Assembly: GCA_937863565.1 (NCBI GenBank)
Contig: CALMGJ010000027.1
Coordinates: 1-40,351, forward strand
Source: an uncultured bacterium
Lineage (GTDB): Bacteria > AUK180
Direction of reading: 5' to 3'
Length of the DNA: 40,351 bases
Positions within the stretch are counted from its first letter, which is position 1. Each line of letters opens with the position of its first letter. Positions 9,994 to 19,389 of this stretch are shown here, piece after piece. The notes under the pieces are model-generated. The model was not told the DNA's origin. It saw only the letters and a list, made by a program, of their open reading frames with translations, and did not search any database. The position numbers and the translations under genes were made by a program.

Positions 9994-10022
9994 ATTTTAC
10001 CAGAAACGGATAATAAAAACAA
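9994..10022 (-). promoter_or_regulatory. Extended -10 promoter, probably leaderless, for methyltransferase
   Basis: Minus strand TTGTTT-17 nt-(TGG)TAAAAT, ATG 6 nt downstream, no SD. Confidence 0.55.
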
Positions 10023-10035
10023 GAATTTCCGGCGA

Positions 10036-11613
10036 TCATTTCGCTTCCTTCAATTGCATTGCCTTCGAGACTAGCGCCTTGAGTTCGATGACCTTCCCGT
10101 CATTTTCGTAGGAGCGGATCCGGAGAAGTTCGTCGAGGACATCCTTGAAATTCCCGTCCTTTGCCCAATACGATTCCTTGAGGAGTTCGGCGAATTCGGC
10201 TACGCAGGCGGCCAGCCTGAGCGGGTCCGGAGCCTGAGAGAAATCCCGTTTAACAGTCTCCGCTTTTATCTGTATGTTCTCTTCTTCGACGATATCATTG
10301 TCTTTTTTATACCTTATATTGAAGGTCCCGAGCCTGTCCCCGGATGGCTTATCCCAGAGTTTGATCTCGTAAAGAGCGGTCACAGAATGTCCGGACCCTA
10401 CCTCGCCGCCGTCGACTTTGTCGTTGCGGAAGTCCTCGTCGGCAACATCGCGGTTCTCATAGCCCAGAAGACGGTAACTCCTTACGGCCGCCGGATCGAA
10501 TTCGATCTGGATCTTCACATCCTTTGCGATGACCTGGAGCGTTCCGGTGAGATTTTCAACGAATATCCTTCTGGCTTCGAGAATATCGTCAACATAAGCA
10601 TAGTGCCCGTTACCTTTGTCCCCGAGTTTCTCCATCAGTACATCATTGTAATTCTCCATACCGAATCCGATCGCGGAAAGTGTGATGCCCTTGTCCTTGT
10701 GCTCTTCGATCGTTTTAAGTATGCCTTCCGCTCCCGTCTCTCCGACATTAGCAACGCCGTCAGAGCAGAGGATGATGCGGTTTATGGCCCCGGTTTTGAA
10801 GGCCTTGCCCGCAAGCTCATATCCGAGTTTCAGCCCTTCCTCGGCATAAGTAGAACCTTCTGCGGAAAGCTGTTTGATCGCTTCCTTGATCTTTCCCTTT
10901 TCTTTGATGCCTTTATGCTCCATAAGCACTTTCCCGCGGCTTCCGTAGATCACTATGCCAACGGAATCGCTTTCCTTCAGCTCTTCCAGAAGAAGTTCCA
11001 AGGATCCCTTAACGAGCTCCAGCCGGTCCTCCCTGTCCATCGAACCGGAAACGTCGATCACGAAAGTAAGGACCGCAGGCTTCCGGTCCTTCGGTTCGAT
11101 CTTCATCCCTTTCAAGCCGAACCTCAGAAGATGGCAGTTCTTTCCGAATCTCGATCCGCATCCGTCGATGAAAACGCTGAACTCTTTTTGCGACGGCGCT
11201 ATATATCCGTAATCAAAAAAGTTGATGAACTCCTCCGTTCTCACGGCATCCTTCTCGGGGATATTGCCGTCATTTAAATAAGCGCGTGATTTTGTGTAAG
11301 ATGCCGTGTCGACGTCTATGGCAAAGGTGGACCTCGTATCATCCTCGGTATCCACGAACGGATTCACTCCGTAATTCTCGTAGAATGTAAGATCATAGGG
11401 TTTCGCATTGGGTATCTTTACTCCACCTGCAGCGAGCTGCTTTTCATAATATCCTCCCATGGAAGATCTCATTGAGGGAGAAGGCATCGGAGCTTGGACC
11501 GCTTCCTCCTTGACCGTCTCGGGCGGTACGACGGAAACGGGTTCTTTCTTTTTCTCGCAACTTGACGCGATAAAGACAAGCACGATCACAGGCAAAAGGA
11601 ATTTTATTTTCAT
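10036..11613 (-). CDS. YfbK-like vWA-domain lipoprotein (vWF_A + VWA + DUF3520)
   Basis: Lipobox IASSC; STFAIDVDTASY, VRTEEFINFFDY, MIDAS DVSGSM, NRIILCSDG, YRLLGYENR, SVTALYE; GGGAGG SD supports start at 11613. Confidence 0.92.
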   Translation of the reverse strand: MKIKFLLPVIVLVFIASSCEKKKEPVSVVPPETVKEEAVQAPMPSPSMRSSMGGYYEKQLAAGGVKIPNAKPYDLTFYENYGVNPFVDTEDDTRSTFAIDVDTASYTKSRAYLNDGNIPEKDAVRTEEFINFFDYGYIAPSQKEFSVFIDGCGSRFGKNCHLLRFGLKGMKIEPKDRKPAVLTFVIDVSGSMDREDRLELVKGSLELLLEELKESDSVGIVIYGSRGKVLMEHKGIKEKGKIKEAIKQLSAEGSTYAEEGLKLGYELAGKAFKTGAINRIILCSDGVANVGETGAEGILKTIEEHKDKGITLSAIGFGMENYNDVLMEKLGDKGNGHYAYVDDILEARRIFVENLTGTLQVIAKDVKIQIEFDPAAVRSYRLLGYENRDVADEDFRNDKVDGGEVGSGHSVTALYEIKLWDKPSGDRLGTFNIRYKKDNDIVEEENIQIKAETVKRDFSQAPDPLRLAACVAEFAELLKESYWAKDGNFKDVLDELLRIRSYENDGKVIELKALVSKAMQLKEAK

Positions 11614-11707
11614 ACGCCCTCCCATGTTTTATTGTATGAAATTTTAAGATCAAAATCAATAAAGGCGCAGGGTATCTGCGGAAAGCCTGTAAAAAAGATG
11701 AAAAAAC

Positions 11708-11736
11708 TTGAAAATCGCAGTAAAAAACAATATAAT
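11708..11736 (+). promoter_or_regulatory. Sigma70-type promoter
   Basis: TTGAAA-17 nt-TATAAT upstream of gene with GGAGGT SD. Confidence 0.65.
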
Positions 11737-11803
11737 ATTTCATGTTGGGAAAGAGGGTTAATAAAATAATACGCAACTTATTTGCGATAGGAGGTAATGA
11801 AGA

Positions 11804-13141
11804 ATGAAAAGAATGCTTCTGATTCTTCTTCTTGCGGTGTTCGTTATCGGCCATGCCGGGGACGCCAAAATGAGCTCGCTTCTTTTGCCCTACTGGGCGA
11901 TGGATGACGAGCAGGGAATCATGTATTTTCCCACCTGGCTTGCCGCCTTCCCCGATATGGCAAGGGTGGAGGCTTCACCTTTCGGCATTTATGATCCTTA
12001 CGGAGGGTTCCATTTGAGATACGGGGATTCGATGTATTTCGCGCTCTACGTGAACAGGCCTTATGCGAACGACATAGGAGAAATGTGGAGCGAACCGGGC
12101 GCTGATACGCTCGGCATTTACGCCCCCTATATCACCCCTAATAATTATCTCGATCTCATTTTATGCATGAACATGGGAGATGCGATGAAGCTCGGCTTCA
12201 AGTTCAACTATGCCAATAATTCCTGGGATGACAACTATGTCTACACTACGCAGCCGAACCCTGCGGTCGGCGATGACGACTGGACGGAAAGACAGTATGC
12301 CAGGGAGTTGAATTTCACTGTGGATCTTATGATGCTCGACTTCGCATTTTTAAAATCCTTCAATATCGGCGTGGACTTCGGTCTTCCTTCTATGCTTTAC
12401 GAGGAAGATTATCTTTCCATCACAGGTGTGGCTCCGATCGTTTGGAGCAGAGTGTACAATACTTCGGAAACGGACGGCGCTTCGTACATAGCTGTAAGGC
12501 TTTTCGGCAACACGAAAGGAACGAGGCTTTTTGCCAGCGCGGACTTCAACAATATCAGCCATTTGGAGACCTGGTCTGACGATGCGGGCAATGACGGCGT
12601 CTTTGAAGCGATCTACAATACTTCGACGGCACAGCATATAACGAGGATCAAGGCCGGACTTTCAAGATCGTTCACGAATAAAGCCATCACTTTCGTCTAT
12701 GGCGGATATCTCCACTATGACCACATGTCCTGGGAACAGCAGGATTATGACGGCCTGGCCACTCCTACGGTGATCGACGAGATGTACAATTATTCGGAAA
12801 GCGATTTCTCCATCCCAATATTCATGTCTGCGATCCTCAGGGTCAAGAACTGGTTCGAAGGTTATGCAGGCTTCTATGCTCCGATGTTCTACAGCTGGAG
12901 CTCAAAGGACGAAGATCCCGATCTGGCCGGCGGCGTATATACGGATACGACTACCGATGATTACAAGGAAGGATATTTCCCCTATGTTTATACGATGCTC
13001 GGCGTCGGGTTCAAATTCCCGAACTGGAGGGCAGACCTGACACTCTATCCGACAAGCATTTTCAATCCCTATCTGTTAACGGGAAATGTCGGAACATCGA
13101 TGGTCATGTATTTGACCCTTACGTATTACTGGAACAAATAA
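11804..13141 (+). CDS. Putative outer-membrane beta-barrel protein
   Basis: Signal peptide; amphipathic aromatic-rich strands with acidic loops; C-terminal alternating strand MYLTLTYYW. Confidence 0.7.
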   Translation: MKRMLLILLLAVFVIGHAGDAKMSSLLLPYWAMDDEQGIMYFPTWLAAFPDMARVEASPFGIYDPYGGFHLRYGDSMYFALYVNRPYANDIGEMWSEPGADTLGIYAPYITPNNYLDLILCMNMGDAMKLGFKFNYANNSWDDNYVYTTQPNPAVGDDDWTERQYARELNFTVDLMMLDFAFLKSFNIGVDFGLPSMLYEEDYLSITGVAPIVWSRVYNTSETDGASYIAVRLFGNTKGTRLFASADFNNISHLETWSDDAGNDGVFEAIYNTSTAQHITRIKAGLSRSFTNKAITFVYGGYLHYDHMSWEQQDYDGLATPTVIDEMYNYSESDFSIPIFMSAILRVKNWFEGYAGFYAPMFYSWSSKDEDPDLAGGVYTDTTTDDYKEGYFPYVYTMLGVGFKFPNWRADLTLYPTSIFNPYLLTGNVGTSMVMYLTLTYYWNK

Positions 13142-13174
13142 GCTAAGTTTTAAAGTTTTTTTTGTTCTTTATTT

Positions 13175-14737
13175 ATGAGAAAAACGGGTGTAATCTTTAC
13201 TTACGGGCCTTCAGTATCAGATTCTCGCGTCTTGAAGAAAATGCTTGCCTCCGCGGACGGAATAAGGCTCAATTTCTCCCATATGAAAAGAGGGGAGATA
13301 AAGGGCCTTACGGCCCGTATCAGAAAGATCGAGAGCGAGCTTGATGCATTCATACCCGTTTTCGGGGATATTTCCGGTACAAAGATCAGACTGAAATACG
13401 GGGGAGAGCCGAAGAAAGGGGATATCCTGAGACTTTCCCCCGAAGATCTCAATATCCCCGAGATAATCAAATTCCTAAAACCCGGCGAAAGAGTACTGAT
13501 AGACGACGGCAAGATCGCAGGGAAGATAAGATCCCTGCGCTCCGGCTCTCTTTCGGTAGCGATCACCTGCGGAGGGATACTTCCTCCCAATAAAGGCATC
13601 AGCTTTCCCGATTCGAAGCTCGAGATCCCTTGCATCAGTAAAAAGGACATCGAAGACATCGAAGAGGCCGCCTTGGCCGGCGTTGATTTTCTTTTTCTTT
13701 CTTTCGTCAACAAAGCGGACGATATTACGGGAATAAAAAAAGCAGTGCATGCTTTAAGATCGGATATACCCGTCATCGCGAAGATCGAAACGAAGAATGC
13801 CGTAAAGAACATAAAAAAAATCATCGAATGCTCGGACGGCATTCTGATCGCGCGCGGCGATCTCGGCAGTGAGATGCGCACGGAAGAGGTCCCCATTATA
13901 CAAAAAACCATCGTGAAGATGGCCAATGAAGCGGGTAAGCTCACTTTCGTTGCGACCGGCATACTCGATTCGATGATAAAAAGCGGAATACCTCTCAGAG
14001 CCGAAGTAGCAGATATTTCCAATATGGTCGAGGAAGAGGTGGATGCCGTTATGGTCACATCCGAGACCTCCATCGGCGAAGCGCCCCTTAAAGTGCTTGA
14101 AGTCCTTAACAGGGTCCTGAAAAAAAGCGAGGCGTATTACGATCCGAGGACGGATAAATCCTCTTTCGTGATAAAAAGCCTCCGTTTCTCGAGAACGAAG
14201 GCCATTGCAAGATCGATATACACTAATTCCGAGGAGAACGATGCCAGGGCGATCATCAATGTGACGAATTCCGGGGAAACATCCTTGTTCTGTTCAAAAT
14301 ACAGGCCCACATCTCCGATCTTCGCCGTATCGGATTCCGCTGTTACTTTAAGACGGTGCAGGATAATGTGGAATGTCCGGCCGCTTTTCATCAAAAATGC
14401 TCAAAAGGCCGGCACGGACCGCATCATAGAAGAAGCCGGGAAAAGGATCCGCCTCAAAGCCGGTGATATCGTTCTTATTTCCAAAGGTTTTCCTGAGGGA
14501 GCAGCAGGCAATACGAACAGTTTTTCGGTGTTTACAGTGAAAAGAAAAGGGCCCGGGAACAGTAAAAACCCCGGGATCGACAGCGGCCTCTGCGTCCTCT
14601 GCGGAAAATGCGTCAATATATGTCCGTTCGGGATCTTCTATTTCGATAAAGGCATTATTAGAACAAGGGATCACGAAAAATGTATTAAAGACGGCTTATG
14701 CACAGCAGGATGCCCGGTCAAGGCGGTGAAAATATGA
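13175..14737 (+). CDS. pyk: Pyruvate kinase with C-terminal ferredoxin-like Fe-S domain
   Basis: RLNFSH, D..GTKIR, LIDDG, IAKIE, DGILIARGDLG.E, RAEV.D..N, PK_C domain; tail CVLCGKCVNICP...CIKDGLCTAGCP. Confidence 0.93.
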   Translation: MRKTGVIFTYGPSVSDSRVLKKMLASADGIRLNFSHMKRGEIKGLTARIRKIESELDAFIPVFGDISGTKIRLKYGGEPKKGDILRLSPEDLNIPEIIKFLKPGERVLIDDGKIAGKIRSLRSGSLSVAITCGGILPPNKGISFPDSKLEIPCISKKDIEDIEEAALAGVDFLFLSFVNKADDITGIKKAVHALRSDIPVIAKIETKNAVKNIKKIIECSDGILIARGDLGSEMRTEEVPIIQKTIVKMANEAGKLTFVATGILDSMIKSGIPLRAEVADISNMVEEEVDAVMVTSETSIGEAPLKVLEVLNRVLKKSEAYYDPRTDKSSFVIKSLRFSRTKAIARSIYTNSEENDARAIINVTNSGETSLFCSKYRPTSPIFAVSDSAVTLRRCRIMWNVRPLFIKNAQKAGTDRIIEEAGKRIRLKAGDIVLISKGFPEGAAGNTNSFSVFTVKRKGPGNSKNPGIDSGLCVLCGKCVNICPFGIFYFDKGIIRTRDHEKCIKDGLCTAGCPVKAVKI

Positions 14738-15888
14738 GAAGAAGAGTGGCATTGATAATCGCGGGTGGAGAGGGAGAGAGGTTCTGGCCTTATTCCACGC
14801 CGGACCTTCCCAAGCAGTTTTTAAGCGTTTTCACGGAGAAATCCCTTATCCGGCTCACTTTTGAAAGGATCGCCAAGATGATACCTCCCGAGGATATCTA
14901 TGTCGTGACCGGTAAAAGGTACGGAGCCCTCACTAAGGAATTCCTTCCCGAGCTTGGGGAGCAGAACATCATCCTGGAACCTGCGAAAAGGAACACATTC
15001 CCTGCTATCGCCTATTCCGTCTTCCTATTGAGAAGGCTGCTCGGGGAAATTACGATAGGCGTTTTTGCCGCCGATCATGTAATAAAGGAAGAGGATGTCT
15101 TCCTTAAACGCTGCCGTGAAGCGTATATCGCGGCCGGAGATAAGAAGAAGATCGTCACCTTCGGCATCATTCCGACCCGGCCGGAAACGAACTACGGATA
15201 CATCCGGAGCCTCCGGTCCGAATTGATCGGAGATATAAGGATCTTCAGCGATGTCATGTTCATAGAGAAACCTCCGATCGAAAAGGCCAGGGAATATTTC
15301 AGTTCGGGGAATTTCTTCTGGAACTCCGGTATGTTCGTTTTCGATTCGGATGTGCTGATATCCGAGATAGAGACCCTCAGACCGGCCGATCATACCCTTT
15401 TGAAAAAGCACGTCCTGGAGAACGATGATCCCGAAGCGCTTTTCGGCAAGATAACATCTGATTCGATCGATTATGCCGTAATGGAAAAAAGCAGGAATAT
15501 ACTCATGATAAAAGGGGATTTTTCATGGGACGATATCGGGAACTGGGACGCGCTTTTACGGATGAAGGAAAAGAGCGATCCGAATTATGTGCTCGGAGAA
15601 CACTCCGTTGAGAACTGTACGGGGTGCGTGGTCATCTCGGAAGGGACCAGATTCGAGATCAGAAACGGGAAAGACCTCGTCTGCGTGGAGAACGGAGGAA
15701 AACTTCTCGTATCTGCTCTTGCCGGTCTCGAGCATCTAAAAACGGCGATCAGAAAGGGCGGGAATACGACGATCGAGTGCGTAAATGTGAAAATGACCGG
15801 CAATCCCGGTTCTTATATCATGCTCGGGCTTAAAAACCTGACCCTCGAAACGGATGGAAAGATAATACTGATAAATGTGAACGATTGA
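14734..15888 (+). CDS. manC: Mannose-1-phosphate guanylyltransferase (monofunctional, no isomerase cupin)
   Basis: IIAGGEGERFWPYS..DLPKQFL, EPAKRNT, ADH.I, GI.PTRPETNYGYI, F.EKP, WNSGMF, SIDYAVMEK, WDDIG.W; ATGA overlap with pyk. Confidence 0.93.
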   Translation: MRRRVALIIAGGEGERFWPYSTPDLPKQFLSVFTEKSLIRLTFERIAKMIPPEDIYVVTGKRYGALTKEFLPELGEQNIILEPAKRNTFPAIAYSVFLLRRLLGEITIGVFAADHVIKEEDVFLKRCREAYIAAGDKKKIVTFGIIPTRPETNYGYIRSLRSELIGDIRIFSDVMFIEKPPIEKAREYFSSGNFFWNSGMFVFDSDVLISEIETLRPADHTLLKKHVLENDDPEALFGKITSDSIDYAVMEKSRNILMIKGDFSWDDIGNWDALLRMKEKSDPNYVLGEHSVENCTGCVVISEGTRFEIRNGKDLVCVENGGKLLVSALAGLEHLKTAIRKGGNTTIECVNVKMTGNPGSYIMLGLKNLTLETDGKIILINVND

Positions 15889-16017
15889 TGACAACCCGGC
15901 ATCGCGCCTCTCTGCCGCATGAAACCCGGAGTGCGGTGTGTCAAGTTATATTATGTCCTACGTTCCGCTTCGCAAAACGCTCTATGGTCAAAGAAATTTT
16001 TATTATTCATTCTTTAT

Positions 16018-18483
16018 TTATCGTATCACGGCGATCTTGCCGGTAAAAGTGACGCCGCCATATTTTTCGACCGTGTAGAAATAGATCCCGCTTTTTACCG
16101 TTCTCCCGTCTTCGTTCTTGAGGTCCCAGATATGCCCGTTCTTGGGGAGAGTCCTGACAAGTACTCCTGCTGCATCGTAGATCCTTATGATGCCCTGCCC
16201 GTCGAGTTCGATGAACCTTACTTCCCCGCCTTTCACAACAGGATTGGGATAGGCAAGGGCATCGTCCGGATCGAAATGATATTCATCAGTAAGCCCGGCG
16301 AACCAGGCGATGGCACGCTCCAGGAATTCAGCGAGAGGATCGGTTATTCGTTCTATTGAGAAAGGGCAGAAGATGGATTTGAAACCGAGGTCTTCTGAAT
16401 AACGGGGATTGCGTATCCCGATCTTCGAGCCGGAGATATTTTGGAAAATATGCACTGCATTATCCACGGGATTCGTACGGTAGATGGAGAGTTCATACGC
16501 CGGATCGGAGAGCGTAACTGCAAGGCCTTCCGTCACAGGGTCCTTAAATATTCCGAAGAGGTTCTCTTCGTTCGCGAATTCAAGTTTGGCGAAACCGGCA
16601 ATGCCGAGATAATCGGAAGAGAATTCCCGTATTTCGGGACTGTCGACGGCATCGAAATTCTTCAGAAGATAACGGCTCGAGATCAGGATATTGCCGCCGG
16701 CATCGAGGAAATCTTCTATCAAAGATATCTCGCCTCTTTCGAACAGTTTCTCGGAACCCTTGATCCCCGTATTCCAGACAACATGCCGGAATCCGTCCAG
16801 GAGCGTTCCGGGGAAAGTATCTCCGGAAGATCTTATGTCGTAGACGGTATGGTTGATGTATCTTTCCGAAAGCGCTTCCGAGATGATCTGCTCGAACGTG
16901 TCCCCGTCATCGTCGTCCACGAGAAGGACGATAGGTTCGCCGATATTGAGATAAGCGTAAAGGGTCTCGGAAAAATCGAAATATCCCGTGGAAAGATCGA
17001 TCCTGAGGCGTTCCGTACCGAAGCCTGTATAAGCGGCATTCACCGTACCGGCGACTGTCAGCGTGAAAGTATCTTTGTCCCTGACATCGCTTCTGGTCAA
17101 TATCTCCGCGGATATATCGGAGAAATCGTACACCTCGGATACGGCAGCCGTGACAGTGTCGATCTTGAAATTGGAATCATTGCGCAAGGTCATCGTGCAT
17201 AAGAAACTCTCTCCCTGTTCCAGAATGCCGTCTGTATCGCCGTCGTCAAGATCCGTTGAAATGAGAGTAAAGCCCTGCCACGGTTCGGTATGCTTTATGT
17301 ATTCGTTCCAGAAAGTATCCGAGGCAAAAAGGTTCTCTTCGTAATATTCATTGTAATAAGCGGCCTCGGGAAAATACGCAGCGATGCCGAAAGATCTGCT
17401 GTCATAAGAGAAGTTGCTTATCACTGCGCCTTCGACGGAACCGATAAGGGCCTGGATAGAATAGAAAAGGTCATCAGGGATGCTGTAAGCCTTTATAAGC
17501 GTAAGATAATCAATAAGATCGATATTGAGAGCATTGGCCGATACATAATATTTAAGAGCCCCGTCGTATGCATCGTTCAGTTTCTGGCTGTAGCCGTTGT
17601 GATAGTAATGTCCGGCCATGACGGCGAACCTGTTCATCGCGCTTTTTACTTCCCCGAAAGCGGTGCTGTCAACTGCGGACATGGTTCTTCCGGTGATGAT
17701 CGGATTTGAGGTATTATCCCCGTTGTCGCCCTGTGAATATGCCTCGATGATCTTCTGTGCTACCTCTTCAGCATCGACATTCCCGGCATTTGCCCGTATA
17801 TAATCGAGGAAATACCAGTATGACCACCCGTCGCCCCAGACCGTATCCTCCGAACCTATCACATAATCGGCGAACGGAGTTATATAGTTCAGATTCTCGG
17901 CCATCTGATTGAAGCAAACATCGAAGCCGATGATGTCTAACTTTCTGCCCAGATAAGAGTACATTCCGTTCAATGCCGCAGTGACATCGCCTTCCGTATA
18001 GTATAGGAAATCCATCGAAGTATCGTCCTGGAGAACAGCTTTGCTGTCATCCCCTCCGTTCCTCGAGACCGCGGTCTTGAACCATCCCGTTCCGTGATCC
18101 CAGATCACGAAAAGATATCTGTCGGCGGGGTAATTATCCACTCCCCATTCAAAAAAATCTATAAGGCTCTGCGGATCGGCCATATTGACCTCGCCGAGGC
18201 CCATTTCTGCATTCGATGTTTCCGGCGTCATATCTTTTTCTACTTTGAAGCGCCAGCAATCGGTCCAATCCCCGTACGCTGTTGAATAGGAAGGCCTTCT
18301 GTCGAACTGAACGAGGATATTAAGAAATGTATCCGATCCCGTTTTTGCCATCTCCATGAAATCATCCACGGCATATGCTTCGAGATTGTTATCCCCGTCG
18401 AGGAAGACCATTACGGTCCATGATGCGGCCGATGCAATTGCACAAATAGAAAGTAAGGATAGAAGAAAGACCGCTTTTTTCAT
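16018..18483 (-). CDS. Secreted clostripain-family (peptidase C11) protease with T9SS/FlgD-like C-terminal domain
   Basis: Signal peptide; WTVMVFLDGDNNLE, catalytic WDHGTGW and FDVC; VLLVDDD accessory domain; tail AYPNP...IYDAAG.LVR..WD.KN..G..V.SGIYFY..GKIAVIR. Confidence 0.9.
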   Translation of the reverse strand: MKKAVFLLSLLSICAIASAASWTVMVFLDGDNNLEAYAVDDFMEMAKTGSDTFLNILVQFDRRPSYSTAYGDWTDCWRFKVEKDMTPETSNAEMGLGEVNMADPQSLIDFFEWGVDNYPADRYLFVIWDHGTGWFKTAVSRNGGDDSKAVLQDDTSMDFLYYTEGDVTAALNGMYSYLGRKLDIIGFDVCFNQMAENLNYITPFADYVIGSEDTVWGDGWSYWYFLDYIRANAGNVDAEEVAQKIIEAYSQGDNGDNTSNPIITGRTMSAVDSTAFGEVKSAMNRFAVMAGHYYHNGYSQKLNDAYDGALKYYVSANALNIDLIDYLTLIKAYSIPDDLFYSIQALIGSVEGAVISNFSYDSRSFGIAAYFPEAAYYNEYYEENLFASDTFWNEYIKHTEPWQGFTLISTDLDDGDTDGILEQGESFLCTMTLRNDSNFKIDTVTAAVSEVYDFSDISAEILTRSDVRDKDTFTLTVAGTVNAAYTGFGTERLRIDLSTGYFDFSETLYAYLNIGEPIVLLVDDDDGDTFEQIISEALSERYINHTVYDIRSSGDTFPGTLLDGFRHVVWNTGIKGSEKLFERGEISLIEDFLDAGGNILISSRYLLKNFDAVDSPEIREFSSDYLGIAGFAKLEFANEENLFGIFKDPVTEGLAVTLSDPAYELSIYRTNPVDNAVHIFQNISGSKIGIRNPRYSEDLGFKSIFCPFSIERITDPLAEFLERAIAWFAGLTDEYHFDPDDALAYPNPVVKGGEVRFIELDGQGIIRIYDAAGVLVRTLPKNGHIWDLKNEDGRTVKSGIYFYTVEKYGGVTFTGKIAVIR

Positions 18484-18496
18484 AATTTAATATTAA

Positions 18497-18525
18497 ATGA
18501 TAAAGGAAAAACGGAGAAATGTCAA
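18497..18525 (-). promoter_or_regulatory. Sigma70-type promoter for protease gene (very short leader)
   Basis: Minus strand TTGACA-17 nt-TATCAT, ATG 13 nt downstream, no SD. Confidence 0.6.
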
Positions 18526-18622
18526 TACATTTCTATTCCGGCAGTTACCGGTCTTAAAGATCATTGCTTTCATCTCTTCCTTTTTTTCTGGAAAGTCGTT
18601 ATAATTGAACAAGGAGGGAAAA

Positions 18623-19294
18623 ATGAAAAAGGCTCATTCCGTTCACGAAATGAATGTTCTGTTCCTGAAGACGGCGGTTTTCGTTCTTGCCTTATCCTTT
18701 TCGCGGAATGCTTTTGCTACTGCGCAGATGCCGGATGCCCTTATCTACGAAGGGGAAAAGTATTCCATGTTCACGAATCCCTTGGAGATCTATTTCAGGG
18801 ACCACCCGGAAAGAAGGCCTAAAAGCGACGGCTGGTGCACGGCACTTTGGAGGGGATATCTTGCCACTTTCATTATCGAGAACGGTTCCTTGTATGTAAA
18901 AGCCGTTGAAGTGATGGCTCCCGGCCGGGAAAAGTGGAAGAATGTGACAAAAAAGATATTCCCGAAGAAGAAAAAAGTGAAGGCGGATTTTTTCTCCGGG
19001 CTTCTTGTCCTGCCTCAGGGAGATCTGATCGAATATGTTCATATGGGTTATGCCTCGATATACGAGAAATACACTTTGATAGAGATAGAGAAAGGTGAAG
19101 TGAAAAAGATCCTGAAATTTACCGGCGAAGAGTATATGAAATTCAAGGAAAGGCAGTTCGCTGCTTTTAAAAAGACCGAGGAGTACGCAAAACTTCTTCT
19201 GGAACTGTCCAAAGACGGAGGCGATCCCGAATTTCTCGAAGAGTTCATTAAAGATTATATTATCGAATATTCGAATAAATTACTTACCGATTGA
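18623..19294 (+). CDS. Hypothetical exported protein
   Basis: AAGGAGG SD; signal-like segment ending AFA; TAQ.PD..IY.G, NPLE.YF, CTALWRGY block. Confidence 0.8.
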   Translation: MKKAHSVHEMNVLFLKTAVFVLALSFSRNAFATAQMPDALIYEGEKYSMFTNPLEIYFRDHPERRPKSDGWCTALWRGYLATFIIENGSLYVKAVEVMAPGREKWKNVTKKIFPKKKKVKADFFSGLLVLPQGDLIEYVHMGYASIYEKYTLIEIEKGEVKKILKFTGEEYMKFKERQFAAFKKTEEYAKLLLELSKDGGDPEFLEEFIKDYIIEYSNKLLTD

Positions 19295-19353
19295 CCTGCC
19301 GCCTTTCCATTTTTGCCGTAAGGATTCCGGGTATTTCACTTAAAATTATCGGT

Positions 19354-19382
19354 TTGAAAAAAAATATAAAATATGGTATTAT
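19354..19382 (+). promoter_or_regulatory. Sigma70-type promoter with extended -10, probably leaderless
   Basis: TTGAAA-17 nt-(TGG)TATTAT, ATG 7 nt downstream, no SD. Confidence 0.65.
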
Positions 19383-19389
19383 AAAAATT

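Noticed and set aside
10387-11277. Long antisense/shadow ORFs (also 13201-14073, 16441-17202, 32780-33400)
   Set aside because: Opposite well-supported genes, no motifs or SD; expected from codon bias
15884-15945. Hammerhead ribozyme (TGATGA...GAAA)
   Set aside because: Core reads TTGATGA not CTGATGA, derives from tandem stop codons, and stems do not abut the core
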